From Bigelowiella natans CCMP2755 (taxonomy: Eukaryota; Protista; Cercozoa): a stretch of DNA of 64,000 bases. Shown piece by piece: positions 1-13,551 of the stretch. The DNA lies in contig ADNK01000614.1 of the NCBI GenBank assembly GCA_000320545.1, forward strand, positions 124,001-188,000, given 5' to 3'. The notes beneath the pieces were generated by a model. The model was not told where the DNA came from, searched no databases, and was given only the letters and a program-made list of their open reading frames with translations. The position numbers and the translations under genes are program-made. The number at the start of each line of letters is the position of its first letter. The stretch's first letter is position 1.

Positions 1-28
1 GACACCTGGAGGCATTCCGAACGAACGA

Positions 29-1521
29 ATGGCGGCGGTCACACTGCGCCTACTGGCCTCCTCCAGCACCGCAATTCCTCGTCGCCGGGCCATTCTGCGC
101 CATGTGCGACGCCTGGTATCATCATCGTGCGCCTCCTCGCACAGGCCTGCTCCTCCGTTATTGGGGAGAGTGTGCTTAGTTCCCCCCTCGCCGGCTATGA
201 ACCGGGGATGGATCAGGATGGCGTCCACAGATCAGGGTCGCATTGCACTGCATGCCCTCCTTTTCTTTCTATCCGCGCACGAGTCTGTATTCTCCCCTAA
301 GTATAATGCTGCTGCTCTTATTGGCGTCCATCGATCACTCTTCAGCTACTAATACTGGTACACTTCTTGCAGAAGCAAAAAGCAACCCGACGAAGGAGGA
401 GCGCTGCGAAACGGAGGAAGAGAAGAAGGAGAGTAATGAAGACACTAGCGGCGAAAGTAGCAATAGCAGCTCAACGGGGGGGGGGGGACAGGGAGAAGAC
501 ACGGACTCGCCCCCGGCGTGGCACACTGCAATCACTTGTGTAATTTACTTTGGCCTTGGGTACAGCACAACTAACTACACTCCTCCACTAGCAGTAGTTT
601 TCATATTATGATCTAACACCAGAGGACGCATTCAAACTCAATTACACGCTTAACGATGAGATAATTTATCCTATCATTGTTGTTATCTTATCATCGTCGT
701 CGTCTTCTTCCTTCCCCCGTCAGGTGGGTTCTCCACGGTGTCGTGAGCTTCATCACGGATATACCGCCGGGTTATTCGACATGATTGTATTTGTAGCTAG
801 TGGTAGTAGTGCCAAGCGCTATCGAATGAAGCGAAACAACCGCAATCGTGACCCATTCCTCCATATATCTTACGTTTGTATCCACACCACTTACCATCTA
901 CGCGTAAAATATGTATATATATTTATATCTATGTACTCACATCAATGTTGTCATCACCGTCGCATTCACCGTATCACAGGAGCGTACCTTGCGAAAGAAA
1001 TCGCAGAGAAGAGCCCAAGAATCATCGAAGAGGTACTTCCAAATTGTCTTCTTGTTGCTGTGGAAGAAAGACAGGGGGGAGGGTGAAAAGCAGAGGGTGC
1101 ACTTAGAACCTCTCGATTCTCTCTCTTCTTTTTCCTGTCCCACCCCCTCCCCCCCCCTCTCTATCTCCTCTATATCTTTTCCTCTAAATCTCCTCCCATT
1201 AAACAAACGCTTTCCAATTTTTCCTATCGCTTTTGAACGCACACCAAGATTATGATCATCGTCGCCGTGGTTGATAATAATAATAAAGGTGGGGACTCCT
1301 TTGTCCCTCAGCTACATGTGGAGCGGTAACAGTTCGGAGAACCAGCTGGTGAGTAGTTTGGAAGTGAGAGGAGGGGGCTAGCACTGCAAATGAAATTAAT
1401 GCGCAACCGCAACCGCAACAATCCATGCCAAGCGACGTAGCTACTGAAGATAGTAGTCGCAGTTGGAGGAGTTGTTGGTGGTGGTGTCGTCCCTTGTCTT
1501 TTAGGAGTTCTCCGTGCGATG

Positions 1522-1563
<42 letters not shown>

Positions 1564-2165
1564 TATGCTCCACATCATCTTACTCTTCTCCACCGCCATC
1601 TTTCCTCCAACGCTGGCAGTAATGTCTCCTCTCATAATACACGTCATATCGTTGCATCCTCGGTGTACTTTTAGGTTGCGAACTTTCCTGTTAAAGGGCC
1701 AAAGGGGAAGGTGACACATGCACGCATCGCACACAAGTGCATATGATCTTACAGGGCGAGTCAATGCTGCCATTGTTCTTCCTCGTGGTTACTGATACCC
1801 CACCCCCCCACCCCCTTACTATCACTGCCTCACAGGCCACGCTAGTTGTCAGAGCTGTGCGGGTGGAGGAAGGATGGAAGGTGAGCGACAGCTTTGGTTC
1901 TCACCTTTTTTGCTAAGAGTGTTTTCAAGCGATAAGATAATATGGAAGAGGGGATGAATATAACGACTATGCAAGAGCGAGTGCCAAACAAATCTGATAA
2001 ATTATTATGTGGTTTGGGCGTGGTGTTTCTTGGGGATTCTCGCCACGCTGTGGGCAGATGCTGATCTTGGACGCGGTGCTGAATGACCAGTGGCTGGAAC
2101 CCGTTGCAATCCTCAATGAGTTTGAAGGAGGAGGAGCAGTAGAGGGGGGCAAAGGGCAATCCTGA
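29..2165 (+). CDS. Mitochondrial Coa1/Tim21-family protein (cytochrome c oxidase assembly factor 1-like), 8 exons
   Basis: GT-AG exons 29-236, 373-559, 724-770, 980-1032, 1289-1348, 1675-1710, 1836-1880 and 2058-2165 join in frame. The N-terminus is Arg/Ser/Ala-rich and lacks acidic residues (mitochondrial presequence). One TM (AWHTAITCVIYFGLGWVLHGVVSFI) is followed by EKSPRIIEEVGTPL..WSG..VANFPVKGPKGKATLVVRAVRVEEGWK, the Coa1/Tim21 signature. Confidence 0.75.
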
Positions 2166-3460
2166 GCCCAACGAAGACCAGCTAAAAAGGCCGACCGGCA
2201 ATATGTAGTTGTGGCACACACAAGGGCTGCCGGGAGCAAAGCATCGTCGGGAAGCCGTTGGGGCACAACATGCATCATGGCGTGGCGAAGAAGCCGCCCT
2301 CGGCGAGTATCAATAATAAAGCTTAGCGCGTTTAACTCACAGAATTCAATGTTAGATGACAAATAGTGGTGTGATTGGCTTGTGCTGACTGAGAGCCATG
2401 CAGCGAAAGGTGTATTAACGCGCAGTATTATTGCAGGCATATACTCAATGTCACGCCGCATATCGTGAAATATGGTGGCTACAGTGTATTACAAAGACAG
2501 AAAATACAGTGCTCGGTGCCCAATGTATATAATTAGTTGAATCTAAAATATAAGTAAAATCATGCTTTCTGTCAATCTAGTTTATTATGCTATTCAAAGT
2601 AGATGCCTTGTAAGCATTCAGTATTCGATTCACATATTATCATAGACTTAAATAACTTGTTATGCTGTTGTTATATGAGACGAATGTAAGAAAGTAATTT
2701 ATTACTCTTTTATAGTCATATTCTATAACAAAGCATCTAGCTATACAAACCAGCAGCTGTACCATTTACCAGTTTAGTGTTATTGCTTTATTGTTTCCGT
2801 TTTCTCTCTGCAACAGGCCATTATATGTACTTTTTGTATTCAATAGTATTTATATCCTATCTTTAACGTCGCGCAATACGCACAACAAAATAATAGCTAT
2901 AGTAATATTAAATATAGCCATAAAAGTTCTATTCGTGAAAACTGTTTCGTACGTACATATATTATCACGTTGTTTACATGTGCATTTGCAGTACATATGT
3001 GCTCTATGCGAACATTGCTGTATGTCGAGTTTGTGCATATGTCTGGATGTATACTAGTGTATGCTAATGCGCACAGCTGTCTTGTTGAAAGGGTTTACTA
3101 TGTATGCATAACATAACTACATATGCATGTATTCAGCATGTGTGAATTGAAATACAAATGTTCGTACGTCTAGTACGTATACATGAATGAAGTCTCATGC
3201 ATGATTCTTTTCTTCTTCAAATAAAAGATTAATTATTGTACTGCCTCTGTTTGTGTGTACACACGTTAAGAAAGAACTTGCAGCTGTTCTTTTACGCTCT
3301 GCGATGCTTCGAGCTGGTTAATAAATACAACGCATATGGATCGGATCGGAGAGCGCAATATACGCGTGGTAGAAGCACGGGCCAATACACGTACTGCGCG
3401 ACATCGGGTATAGGATATAGATGACACTTCCTTATATTCACAAGTTCTACTTTAACGTGC

Positions 3461-5497
3461 TCATGCAACGAATACCGTGAAAAAAACGGCGAACAGTATC
3501 AACACGAAGAATACTTTGATAATCAGCCATCGATTTGAGCTTACGGAGCTCAATAACGTCTTCAGCTCAGCTACACCATTTGATACATTCTCGTTCGTTT
3601 CTTCTAAGTTCCTTTCAATACTTATCAACACAATTGGGGGGGGGGGGAACAACGACGAAAAACAAAATTATCATCCGCTGTGGGCACTTGCGAGACGTCA
3701 TTCAAGACTAGAAATTAACGTATAATTTCCACAGAGTATGTTGTGGGGAGTCGTCGGTATTCGTTCGCATCTGCTTTGGATGGACGATGAAGGACAATAC
3801 GGAGATAGCGACGACCTACCTTATAGCAACTTCTCCCTGTGCTTGGACCATGTTGAGCATTCTTTCGTATATTCCCCCAAGCTCGCCAAGCATCTTCTCG
3901 ATATCCTGTGGTGCCAATTCAATCATGGGGGGGGTGGTTTTACGCGAATCAAGACGACATCATCCAGTACATCATCGAAGTGAGCTGATGACGAGTATTG
4001 GCACTGTAATAGAGCAGGTGCACTCGGTCGTCCATCTCAGTGCGACAATATCTAATCCGAATCATCAGCATCCCCATTATCATTGTTGTACTACTTCTTG
4101 GCTGACCTGTACTGTCTCTGCACGGCTCGAAAGATATTCCTCGTTCGCTCTAGATTGTTGCTGTGACGGCGACAATCAAATAAACAAACACCACCAATGA
4201 GGCGCATGCTAAATGGTGATGAAGATATGGTTATTATTAATGTGAAAGGAAGTGCAGTAAAGGGAAGGAGGAGGAGGAGGAGGAGGTGTTCGATCTAGAG
4301 CAAACGATGAGCGTCAGTCATAGCTCACAGAAAACAACGAAGATATCCGACATCATCATCATGCTTTTCTCCTAGCACCCCCCATCTCAACACTGGGAAG
4401 CGAATGCCACTACCTGCTCCTGCACCAACATTTGACTGTGTGTTTTCCCCTCAGTCCCAACGCGACCGAACGAGTTCACTAGATAGGCAAGGGGGGGGGG
4501 GACAAACAAAACAATGAAGCATCGTGAAAGGAACTAAGAATGTGATTATTCGATAATAATAATAATGTGTTGACCACCTTCGCGTTTCCGCAGGCTGAGG
4601 CCTCTAGCGTCCCCGTAGCGTTTTCTTCGTGATGCTTGTGCTTGCAAGCTCTAACAAAACACAATGAAGAGGTAACAGAAGAGGTGATGATGATATTATA
4701 ATGAGGACTATGTACGACGATCATGATAGTAAAGTTATTAGTTCATCAACCTTCGTTCTCATCTCAAGGATTCCCTGAAAATCCTTCGTTGTTTCCGCCA
4801 ACTTTACTTGGAGATCCTTTACAACAGCGGTTGAATGGTTTCGAGAGTGCCCCTTCGCACGGGAGGTCTCCTGTGTAAGTATACGTGGTCTTATTCAGGA
4901 TGAGGTTTGAACAAATCTCTCGCCCCTGCTAGTGCATCAGCCTCTGTTGCGTTGTTAACATAAAATGATAAATTGAATGACCATAAAGTTTTGAAGATGC
5001 TGAATATCATCACTAAGTCGAGTTATTTCCTCTTTCACTACAAAGCGCAACTCCTGAATTTCTTTAGTTGGGTCCTTAAACAGCGACTTTTGCTTTGCAA
5101 CTAAGATAATTACGCAACAGACCTTGGTGAGCTTCTGCATTTATGACATGCCATTTGGGAAACATGCAATCTTTGAAGAGGACTAGTTATGAAACTGTTA
5201 TGTGTTCAAAAGTGTGGTCTTACGTGAGGTGAGTTTCTCCAATTTTACACTAACACCCTGAATCCCATGCATTATGGATCCTGCTGCCCGTGCGAAGCGC
5301 ACCTGCGCGGATGTCGTTCCTGGGGGGCGGAGAGGGGCTTGTGTATTGGGAGGGTCGAGCAATCGACGATTCCGGTGGTGGGGAGGCTCATAGGCGGTAC
5401 TGCTAGAAGACATCATTGTCATGCTATTTCCACCATTCGTGCTCATGGAATCCACAAGCTGCATGAATTCCCCCGTTCTGTCACGACAGTCGTTCAT
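3461..5497 (-). CDS. SED5: Syntaxin-5/Sed5 (Golgi Qa-SNARE), multi-exon
   Basis: N-peptide MNDCRDRTGEF (RDRTxEF Sly1-binding motif; ATG at 5497, since the ORF-track start at 5515 is TTG). Habc exons: KLEKLTS|LAKQKSLFKDPTKEIQEL (exons 5224-5497, 4982-5100) and HSTAVVKDLQVKLAETTKDFQGILEMRTK. SNARE motif: YLSSRAETVQ..IEKMLGELGGIYERMLNMVQAQGEVAIR..IERNLEET. C-terminal TM: SSNRWLIIKVFFVLILFAVFFTVFVA*. Some internal junctions are uncertain. Confidence 0.92.
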
Positions 5498-5976
5498 GTT
5501 GAAGGGAGAGGGCAACGCCTGCGAGGGATCGATCTTCGATGTAGCAGACTCTAAGACTTATGATGATCATATATTATACAATATTTATTAAAAAAGACAG
5601 TATTTGGTATCTATGACAAAGATATTCGTGCCAAATATGGAAATCACAATGGGATTTCTCTCGATAAAGGAAGCCCCGATGAAGCTGAGTGCATTTGTAC
5701 TTCTTTGCAATCACGTCACCTAACCAAGCGACAAGTCTTCGGGATTGTCTATTAAAGAGGGCTATCCCTGCATTCTCTAGATACGTCAAGCAAATAACAT
5801 TGTCGTATTATAAATTTCAAACGGCATTAATGCTATCGCGTTTACAAGCCTTGAGACCGATCCCTTTTCAAGTGCGTCAAAGATCGTTCGTTGTAGCTCT
5901 TCGCCGAGCCGCACGGAAAGAACATTCCCCATCCCAAGCTCCATCATTTTGAGGCCTGGACACAAATATCATCGTG
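5498..5976. promoter_or_regulatory. Probable bidirectional promoter region (syntaxin-5 / RRM gene)
   Basis: About 480 bp between two divergent start codons. No specific element was identified. Confidence 0.4.
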
Positions 5977-7236
5977 ATGGATAAACTTGATAAATCCCTC
6001 GACGAGCTTGCAAGGTTGGGTCTTGTTCCACGTCTACATTCTTTCTCCGATTCATTCTCCTGCCCAACATCCAACTAACTCTCATCAAACTCTGCTAATA
6101 TTTGAGCAATGAGTTCGAAAAGAGAATTCTTTCTTACTTTTTGAGAGAAGCAGCTAGGGTGGGTAGACACAGTAAAGCGGGAAAATACGTGAGGAGATGG
6201 GGACCCGAACACATAAATAGTTCCGGAATGAAGAATTATGATAACCTTATTAATGAAAGAAATAGAATCACCCTCACACGTGCTTTTTCTATGCATGCAA
6301 ACTTTTCCCAGTATGAGTCGCAAGGCGCCTTCCCGTGCTCAAAGGGGACGGGCCTCGCGCAGACATGGTGCAAATCCATATTCGAAGCCAAAACCGTTTG
6401 TGTCGGGCGGCGTAAGCACGGTGTACGTTGGCAATCTGGACTGGAAAGTCACTTGGAAAGATCTGAAGGATCACATGAAATCTGTAGGAGAGGTTGAGCA
6501 CGCAGATGTGTTGACCTACAACGACGGAAAGTCCTCCGGGGGAGGCCTCGTGCGTTACGCGAACGCAAAGCAAGCTCAGCGGGCAATCAACGAGCTCACT
6601 GGCACATATCTCAACGGACGATCAATCTTCGTTCGTGAGGACCGTGAGCATGGTAAAGGTGGTCACAAGGGCGGCGCCGGTGCTGGGGAGTTGAGTGGCA
6701 CCACAGTCTTCGTTGGAAATCTGAGCTGGCAGACCTCCTGGCAGGACTTGAAGGACCACATGAAATCTGCGGGGGAAGTCGAGAAAGCTGACATCCTGAC
6801 GAGGAGCGATGGCAAACATTCAGGGGCTGGGCTAGTCACATTTAAAACTAAAGAAGCCGCAAAGAAGGCCATGAAGGAGCTTACCGACTCCTCCTTGAAT
6901 GGGAGATTAATATTTGTGCGGGAGGATAGAGAGGGTGGGAAAGGAGGAGGAGGAGGAGGAGGAGGAGGGGGAAGAGGAGGAGGAAACAAATATGGGAATG
7001 AAGTCTCAGTATTTGTTGGGAATTTACCGTGGTCGACTTCATGGCAGGACTTGAAGAATACCTTCGCAGGATACAATGTTCAACACGTCGATGTTGGTGA
7101 AGCTCGAAATGGAAAGATGCGTGGCTTCGCAATTATGAAATTCGCAAGTGATCAGGATGCTGAGGCAGCGATCAGAGATATGAATGGCTACCAGATGTAT
7201 GGGAGAGCTTTAGAAGTGAGGTATGACAACAAGTGA
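5977..7236 (+). CDS. GBP2: Gbp2/Hrb1/hnRNP-M-like RNA-binding protein with three RRMs, 2 exons
   Basis: Exon 1 5977-6014 (MDKLDKSLDELA), intron 6015-6311 (GT..CAG), exon 2 6312-7236 in frame. Three RRMs with RNP2 V[YF]VGNL.W and the pseudo-RRM (S/T)W(Q/K)DLK(D/N) motif. RRM1 and RRM2 end in FVREDRE. Gly-rich linkers. Confidence 0.85.
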
Positions 7237-7928
7237 AGCACTCGAGAAGAAAGGGATGGCTCCTGTTAGTGTTCCAGACCGTATTTTGTATGTTCTACAG
7301 TACTAGATGTGATCGAGACGTGGTGCATATCTACATTATTGCAGTGCTGTGCTTACACACATTGTGAAATGCAATAGCGCATATACCATGCAATCTAACG
7401 CTAGAGCGATAGTTCATGCATAAAGCTACATCTATAATAGACACATCTAGACATTACTATCATATCTAGCGCATGAACATGTCGTCATGCTGTTATAGCG
7501 ATGCCAATGTTATTGTTTGTTAGTTTGGGCTACTTGCGGCGACGTATACTAGCGTAGCTAGTAGTAGGTTACACGTACTGCTTAGACTATGCTGCGCGCT
7601 ACTCGCACCGTCTAATAGCATTCGGCTTTGCATAGCTACTAGCTAGCTAGATAGCCACATCTAGACATGACAAATAATGCAAATTGAATCATACAGCTGA
7701 TAGCTATCTCGCATTGCGCTAGCTGCGCGCGGGAGCGCTAGAGCGTAAGCATGGTACAATGGGTCATTCTGCATATGACATGTAGCATTCGATCGTTCTG
7801 TAGGACTGAGCATGGCACGCGCTCACCCAATTCAAAGCATGTCATGATCGAGCTGTTGCTATGCAGATTTGTACTCATACGCGTCATAGCTAGATAGGTG
7901 AATGCATAAGGTTGAGTGCATGCGGCAA

Positions 7929-8378
7929 TCAGTACCATTTCTCTTTGTTCCCCCACCTCTCACGAAATCCGATCCCCGGTCTACCTTTACTATCCAGGTG
8001 TGCACTTCCGAAGAACAGTATTGAGAAGAACTCGGAAAGCCCAGGGAACATGTTGAGAGGTACCAGGGTGAGAAGCGAGAAGATGGATACGAAACCCAGC
8101 CTTGTCAACAACCATGCGAAGAGTCTCAGATACCACGAAGATGACGAAAACGACTGCGATCCTGTTGCAGAATTAACTTTCCCACGAGAGAGGGGAGAGT
8201 CACTTCGTGCATTTTTTTGGCTTCCGATGCAATGTAATCGCTTCTCCGAATCCAAGAGAACGCGTCGCAGTTCCCTCACGTCCTATTACCATGAATGACA
8301 TGCCTTAACTTTCAATGACAGAAATAATAGCACACACAGCCCACCACATGTAGCAGCAACTCCCCCCCCCCCCTCCAC

Positions 8379-8409
<31 letters not shown>

Positions 8410-9315
8410 TACATACATACATCCGTTAAAATATGAAGAAATCGCTGCCGAACATATCTTGTCAGTCTTATATTCCTTTCTTGAGTACCCTACATCAACC
8501 AACCCCTCTACACCCGAGAAAGCGATGACAATTATGACTCATACATGATGCGCGGATTTTATGAGTGCCAAGGATGAGTGGAAGTTGAGCTGGCCCAGGA
8601 ATTGGAAGGTCCTTTCAATCTTCAGTATGTGTCGCATCAACGACGAATCAAAACAAGAAGATCGAATCATCAAGCGGACTATAAGGAAGAGGGGGGGCGA
8701 GCGTAAATGAGAATTCAGAAAACCGAATAACCTTGAACTTGTAGACATTCCATCTACGCAAAAATGACAGCTTCTCGTCAGATTTAAGAGAAGCAAGGAA
8801 GGCCTTCTCTGCTTTCGCCAGCTTAGATGTCGTCCATTTCTTAGCGTCACCACCATCATTAACAAGCGTCGTCGCTATCACCGTTGAGGTGCCTTGATCA
8901 CTCTCTGTCTCCCCCAACATGCATGCAAGAAGGCCTGATGTTCAGTAGAGTTTCAGGGGATGTTAATAACAATAAACGATGTTAGTATAATGCCCAGTAT
9001 TACGATGGTGCTGATGATTACTGATGATAATGATGATGGTCAATATTGTGATGGGTGGTGAATACACAGCACACCCTTTTAATTTTTTATGGTATACAAA
9101 GTCGAAGTATTATATGATTTCGTGCGCCATATAAATATTAGCAAATACACACGTGAAAACTCCGCTTTAACTTCCCGGGTTGTGGCCTCGAACTCAGATA
9201 ACTGGAGAGAAAAGCGCCAAAACGTTGTTTTAGAAATTTGTTTGCACAACGACGAATCAAGGGTCCAGCGAACAACGCCATTTTGGGATGATGCGTATAT
9301 GGACGGAAGAAGTTT

Positions 9316-9357
<42 letters not shown>

Positions 9358-10653
9358 GAATGGATGCTCGCCAAGGAAGGTGATGGTGGGGAGGGGGGGG
9401 ACTGGCAAACAAGAACCCATAAATACGACAGATTCACACACGAAGCTTCCCACCTAAGACTTGAAGAGGGAATGGACCATTTTTTACGCCGCTGGTGGCC
9501 AGTAAGAGATCCTCCTCTCCTCCTCCTGCATCTTTCTCTGCAAAACTTCCCACGCTCTGTGATAATGTTTTGATGTCACGTTAACATATATTGCCTGGAT
9601 GGAGGGAGGGGAGGGAGGGAGAGAGGGAGGGAGGGAGAGAGAGAGAGAGAGAGATGGAGGGGCAAAGGGAATGGATGCTCGCCAAGGAAGGTGATGGTGG
9701 GGAGGGGGGGGACTGGCAAACAAGAACCCATAAATACGACAGATTCACACACGAAGCTTCCCACCTAAGACTTGAAGAGGGAATGGACCATTTTTTACGC
9801 CGCTGGTGGCCAGTAAGAGATCCTCCTCTTCCTCCTCCTCCTCCTCCTCATCATCATCGTTTCCTTCTCTACGCGTTTCTGTATTCTGATCAGGGTCGGC
9901 CACTCTGCTACTTGCCGCCTTTATCATGGTCTTCTTCTTCTTCTTCCTACCCCTCTCCTTCCTCTTCTTCTTGCGGTGAATGGGCGCGACACCAAGCACC
10001 ATGCGGGAAAGAGCCGCATATGCAACGAGGGGCGAGAAAGAGGAGGGAGGCGATGGTGCTTTTGGTGGCGCCTCTCTCCGATCAACACATGCATATCCAC
10101 CGAATTGTGGCATCACCCGCCTAAAACATAATCAAGTACGATGGAAGAAGTAGTATTTCTACGTGTCAGCTCTTCCTTTGTCAATAACCTTGCTGCCGCT
10201 GCTGCTGCATTGTTTAAAAATGTATGGGCCAACGACTAGAAGCGCCCTCCAAAGCACACTGGTGATTGAGGCCCATCAGTGCCTTTTGGGTTGGCGTTTT
10301 TCGACACTGCGAATGCGCCCTAATATTCCTGTTGCTCACGGTGTGTGGGAACGGGAGGAGAAGAACTGACGCAAGTGTCAATCCCGCTCTCTTGAGATGT
10401 GGTGGTTGTTTGTGTGCATAAGTGTTTGAATATCAAAAACGTTGAAAAAGCTCAGGCAAGAAACAGGCAGCGCAGATAAAGGTAGGCTTAATACATTGTC
10501 GCATTCTTTGCCATCGTCTTCCTCCTCCCGTGCTCTTGTTCTTGCTCTTGCCCTTCTTCTTCTTCTTCAAACGGGTCTAACACAATGGCGACGTCGTCGA
10601 AGACTACGGCCTGGTCCGAAGAAGAGGAGAGGAAAAGGAGGAGTGAAACGACG

Positions 10654-10684
<31 letters not shown>

Positions 10685-10847
10685 AATTAGAATATTGATC
10701 TCCTCCTGATCCTCCTCCTCATGATAATACACAATTTAAACGTATATCACACAACCCTATCTCGTCCATCGAAGAGTAGTTTCTTCCACGATCCACCCAG
10801 CTTTTAGACAGACAGACAGACAGAGACAGAGAGAGAGAGAGCGAGAG

Positions 10848-10887
<40 letters not shown>

Positions 10888-11737
10888 TATCAGGACAGAG
10901 AGAGAGGGAGAATGAAGATGAGCACTCTTCTGTCTTCTTGTCATCTAGGGCTAGTTGTTGTAAGAGTGTGTAAGGTATGGTAGGCAAGGAGGGCGGCGGT
11001 GACGCACGGGTAGTGGTAGTAAGTAGAGAACAAACCACGATTAATGAGAACGCTTTGCCCCTCCCCCGGAACCCTTGTAGTCTTTGTTGTGAGAATGCGC
11101 CTTAAATGTGGAGAACGATGGGGAGGGAAGGAAGACGACAACGAGTTATCACAACAACAACAACAACAACAACAACAACACACCACCATCAACAGCAACG
11201 ACAATGATATTACGCATTATGGGATTCGAACACACAAATGCATCCGCACATGGAGAGCAGCAATGAGAGGCTTGTCGCAACAACGACGACAACAGCTATC
11301 ATGTAGAGACATCTTGAGGACGTACCGAACGAGTGGAAAAGGCTTGCGGAATCCAAATAACGAACCGTCGCCATCGTTTCTTGTTCCTTTGCAGCTTCCC
11401 TCCCCTTGTTGGCACTAATACTACTACTACTACTACTGCTACTATCTACATCATCGTCGTCCTCTTGCATTGGCGTGGTCATGGAGATTTCTACTTGTCG
11501 TATGCTTCTACGTATTGCCTCGCGACACCCTGAGCACGAGCTCAGTGACGCCCCAGAAAGCGAGATGCGTAGCTGGTGTATGCAACGAAACCATAGCAGG
11601 TAGGAGAAGTAGGAGAAAATGCAAAGATATAGAAGTACCCAGCAATCAAGCCGTCAAGTGAGGAAGAGTAGCTTACAAGTTGCCATAGTTAATGGCAGCA
11701 TGAAATAACGCATCATCGATGAAAATACACACATAAC

Positions 11738-11768
<31 letters not shown>

Positions 11769-11849
11769 CCACAAAAAGGCACACATATAGGACTGAATGT
11801 ATATTGCTATATCATACAGGGTACGGATATTTAATAATATAAATATAAT

Positions 11850-11888
<39 letters not shown>

Positions 11889-11931
11889 GAAGATATAATG
11901 TAAAGTACGCGCGCGTGCGTGTGTGTAATGG

Positions 11932-11962
<31 letters not shown>

Positions 11963-13504
11963 CAACGTTTTGGCCTGGGAATGCCGCGTCCTTTGCAAAT
12001 TTCTGTTTGATAGCCTTATATCTTTCCACTGCCGATTTCTGCCACTTGGTGGAACGATGATGATTCTTCTCTTCAAACTTCTCCCCCTCCCCCCCTTCTT
12101 GTTTGTCAAATTGCAGGTTAGTGTCGTCGTAGAGCAGCAGTATTTCCACCTGTGTCAGTGTATACATGTACCACATCAAAGAGAAGCAGGAGTCGTCATT
12201 CCGCTCTGCTTCGTTTCATTTCGCCAGCTTTTTTGACTTTATTTATGCGAAGCTGTTGGTGTCGCTGGGGAAGAGAACGTGATGAATTCGCGTACACCAA
12301 CCATATTGCGAGAGGGGGGTCCCCCCTCCCACCCCTCCTCAACACTCAATACGTGCAGTACACACACGTACACACACACGCATACACGCACACGAACGCA
12401 GGCATCTATTACCTGAACATTGTGCGAGGGATATCGTGGGAAGAAGGATGGCCTTGGTACCAAAGCAGAAGTCGCAATCCTTCCCTACGCGTAGGGGAGG
12501 GGAGGGGGGCAGGACACGTCGTGACGGTAGGAGGAGGAGTTAAAGCATAAGGTTACGGGAAATATAAAGAGGAAAAGGTGCCGAGGAGAACACTATTGCA
12601 TACGCATAGTCTTTCATAGTTGTGGTAGATGGAAATGACGCTAATGATGACTGATGATGATGGTTGACGGTGATAATGATAAATAATGATTGATAATTGA
12701 TAATGGCGCGTGCTTACTCACCACAAGACTAGCAACTCCACTCAGGAACATCGTTCGTGCTAATGACGACCCAGAAGAAGAAGAAGAAGAAGAAGAAGAA
12801 GACTGCAGTGGGGCGATGATGATGCACAAAAAGAACAACGCGGTGAAGAAGGGAAGAGAAATGTAGAAGAAGAAGAAATGAAAATGGACGCCGCCAACGG
12901 ATAGTGGTAGTGTCGATGTGCTGCTATGGACTCACCATGCTCTCCACGCTCGGCAGCGTTCCTGCAAATACGGCTCTGATTTCGAATTCACCATGCACAC
13001 GTAGACGACATAACGTTAATAATGAGTCAAGAGGTGAAAGAATGTGGCAGATTCATCTGCTTCTCCCATGCCCAAGGCCTGGAGAATGAAGAAGGGGAAA
13101 ACTATCAAATAGATGATAATGCACCTCTGCATGCCAAGAACACGCACAGACGTAAATTTCACGCACGCTGTCCACATCCATATGTACACATTTCCCCTCG
13201 CAAACATCGATAAAAACCACAGACAAACACACCCTGTTGTGCCTGGGAGCAATGGCGTGCGACGGGCAGGCACTGCGTTGAGATCCACCCAAACGTAACG
13301 GTCTTTCTCCTCCCTGCCCATCCCGATTTCACTTCCACATCTGCCACCGGGTGGGCTTGTATACCCGTAGCGGGTGGGAGGAGGTCTTGCCTCCATGGCG
13401 CTGCTTTTCTTCCGAGAAGGGGGGATGGAGGGGTTGAGCAAGTAAATTATGTACTTTGACCGGCCTGTGGAACAGCAGTCAATCAAAGAATAATAATGCA
13501 AGAA

Positions 13505-13551
<47 letters not shown>

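Noticed and set aside
6238-6311. ORF-track N-terminus MITLLMKEIES of the RRM protein
   Set aside because: It lies within the intron ending TTTTCCCAG at 6311. The upstream exon at 5977 gives a better start.
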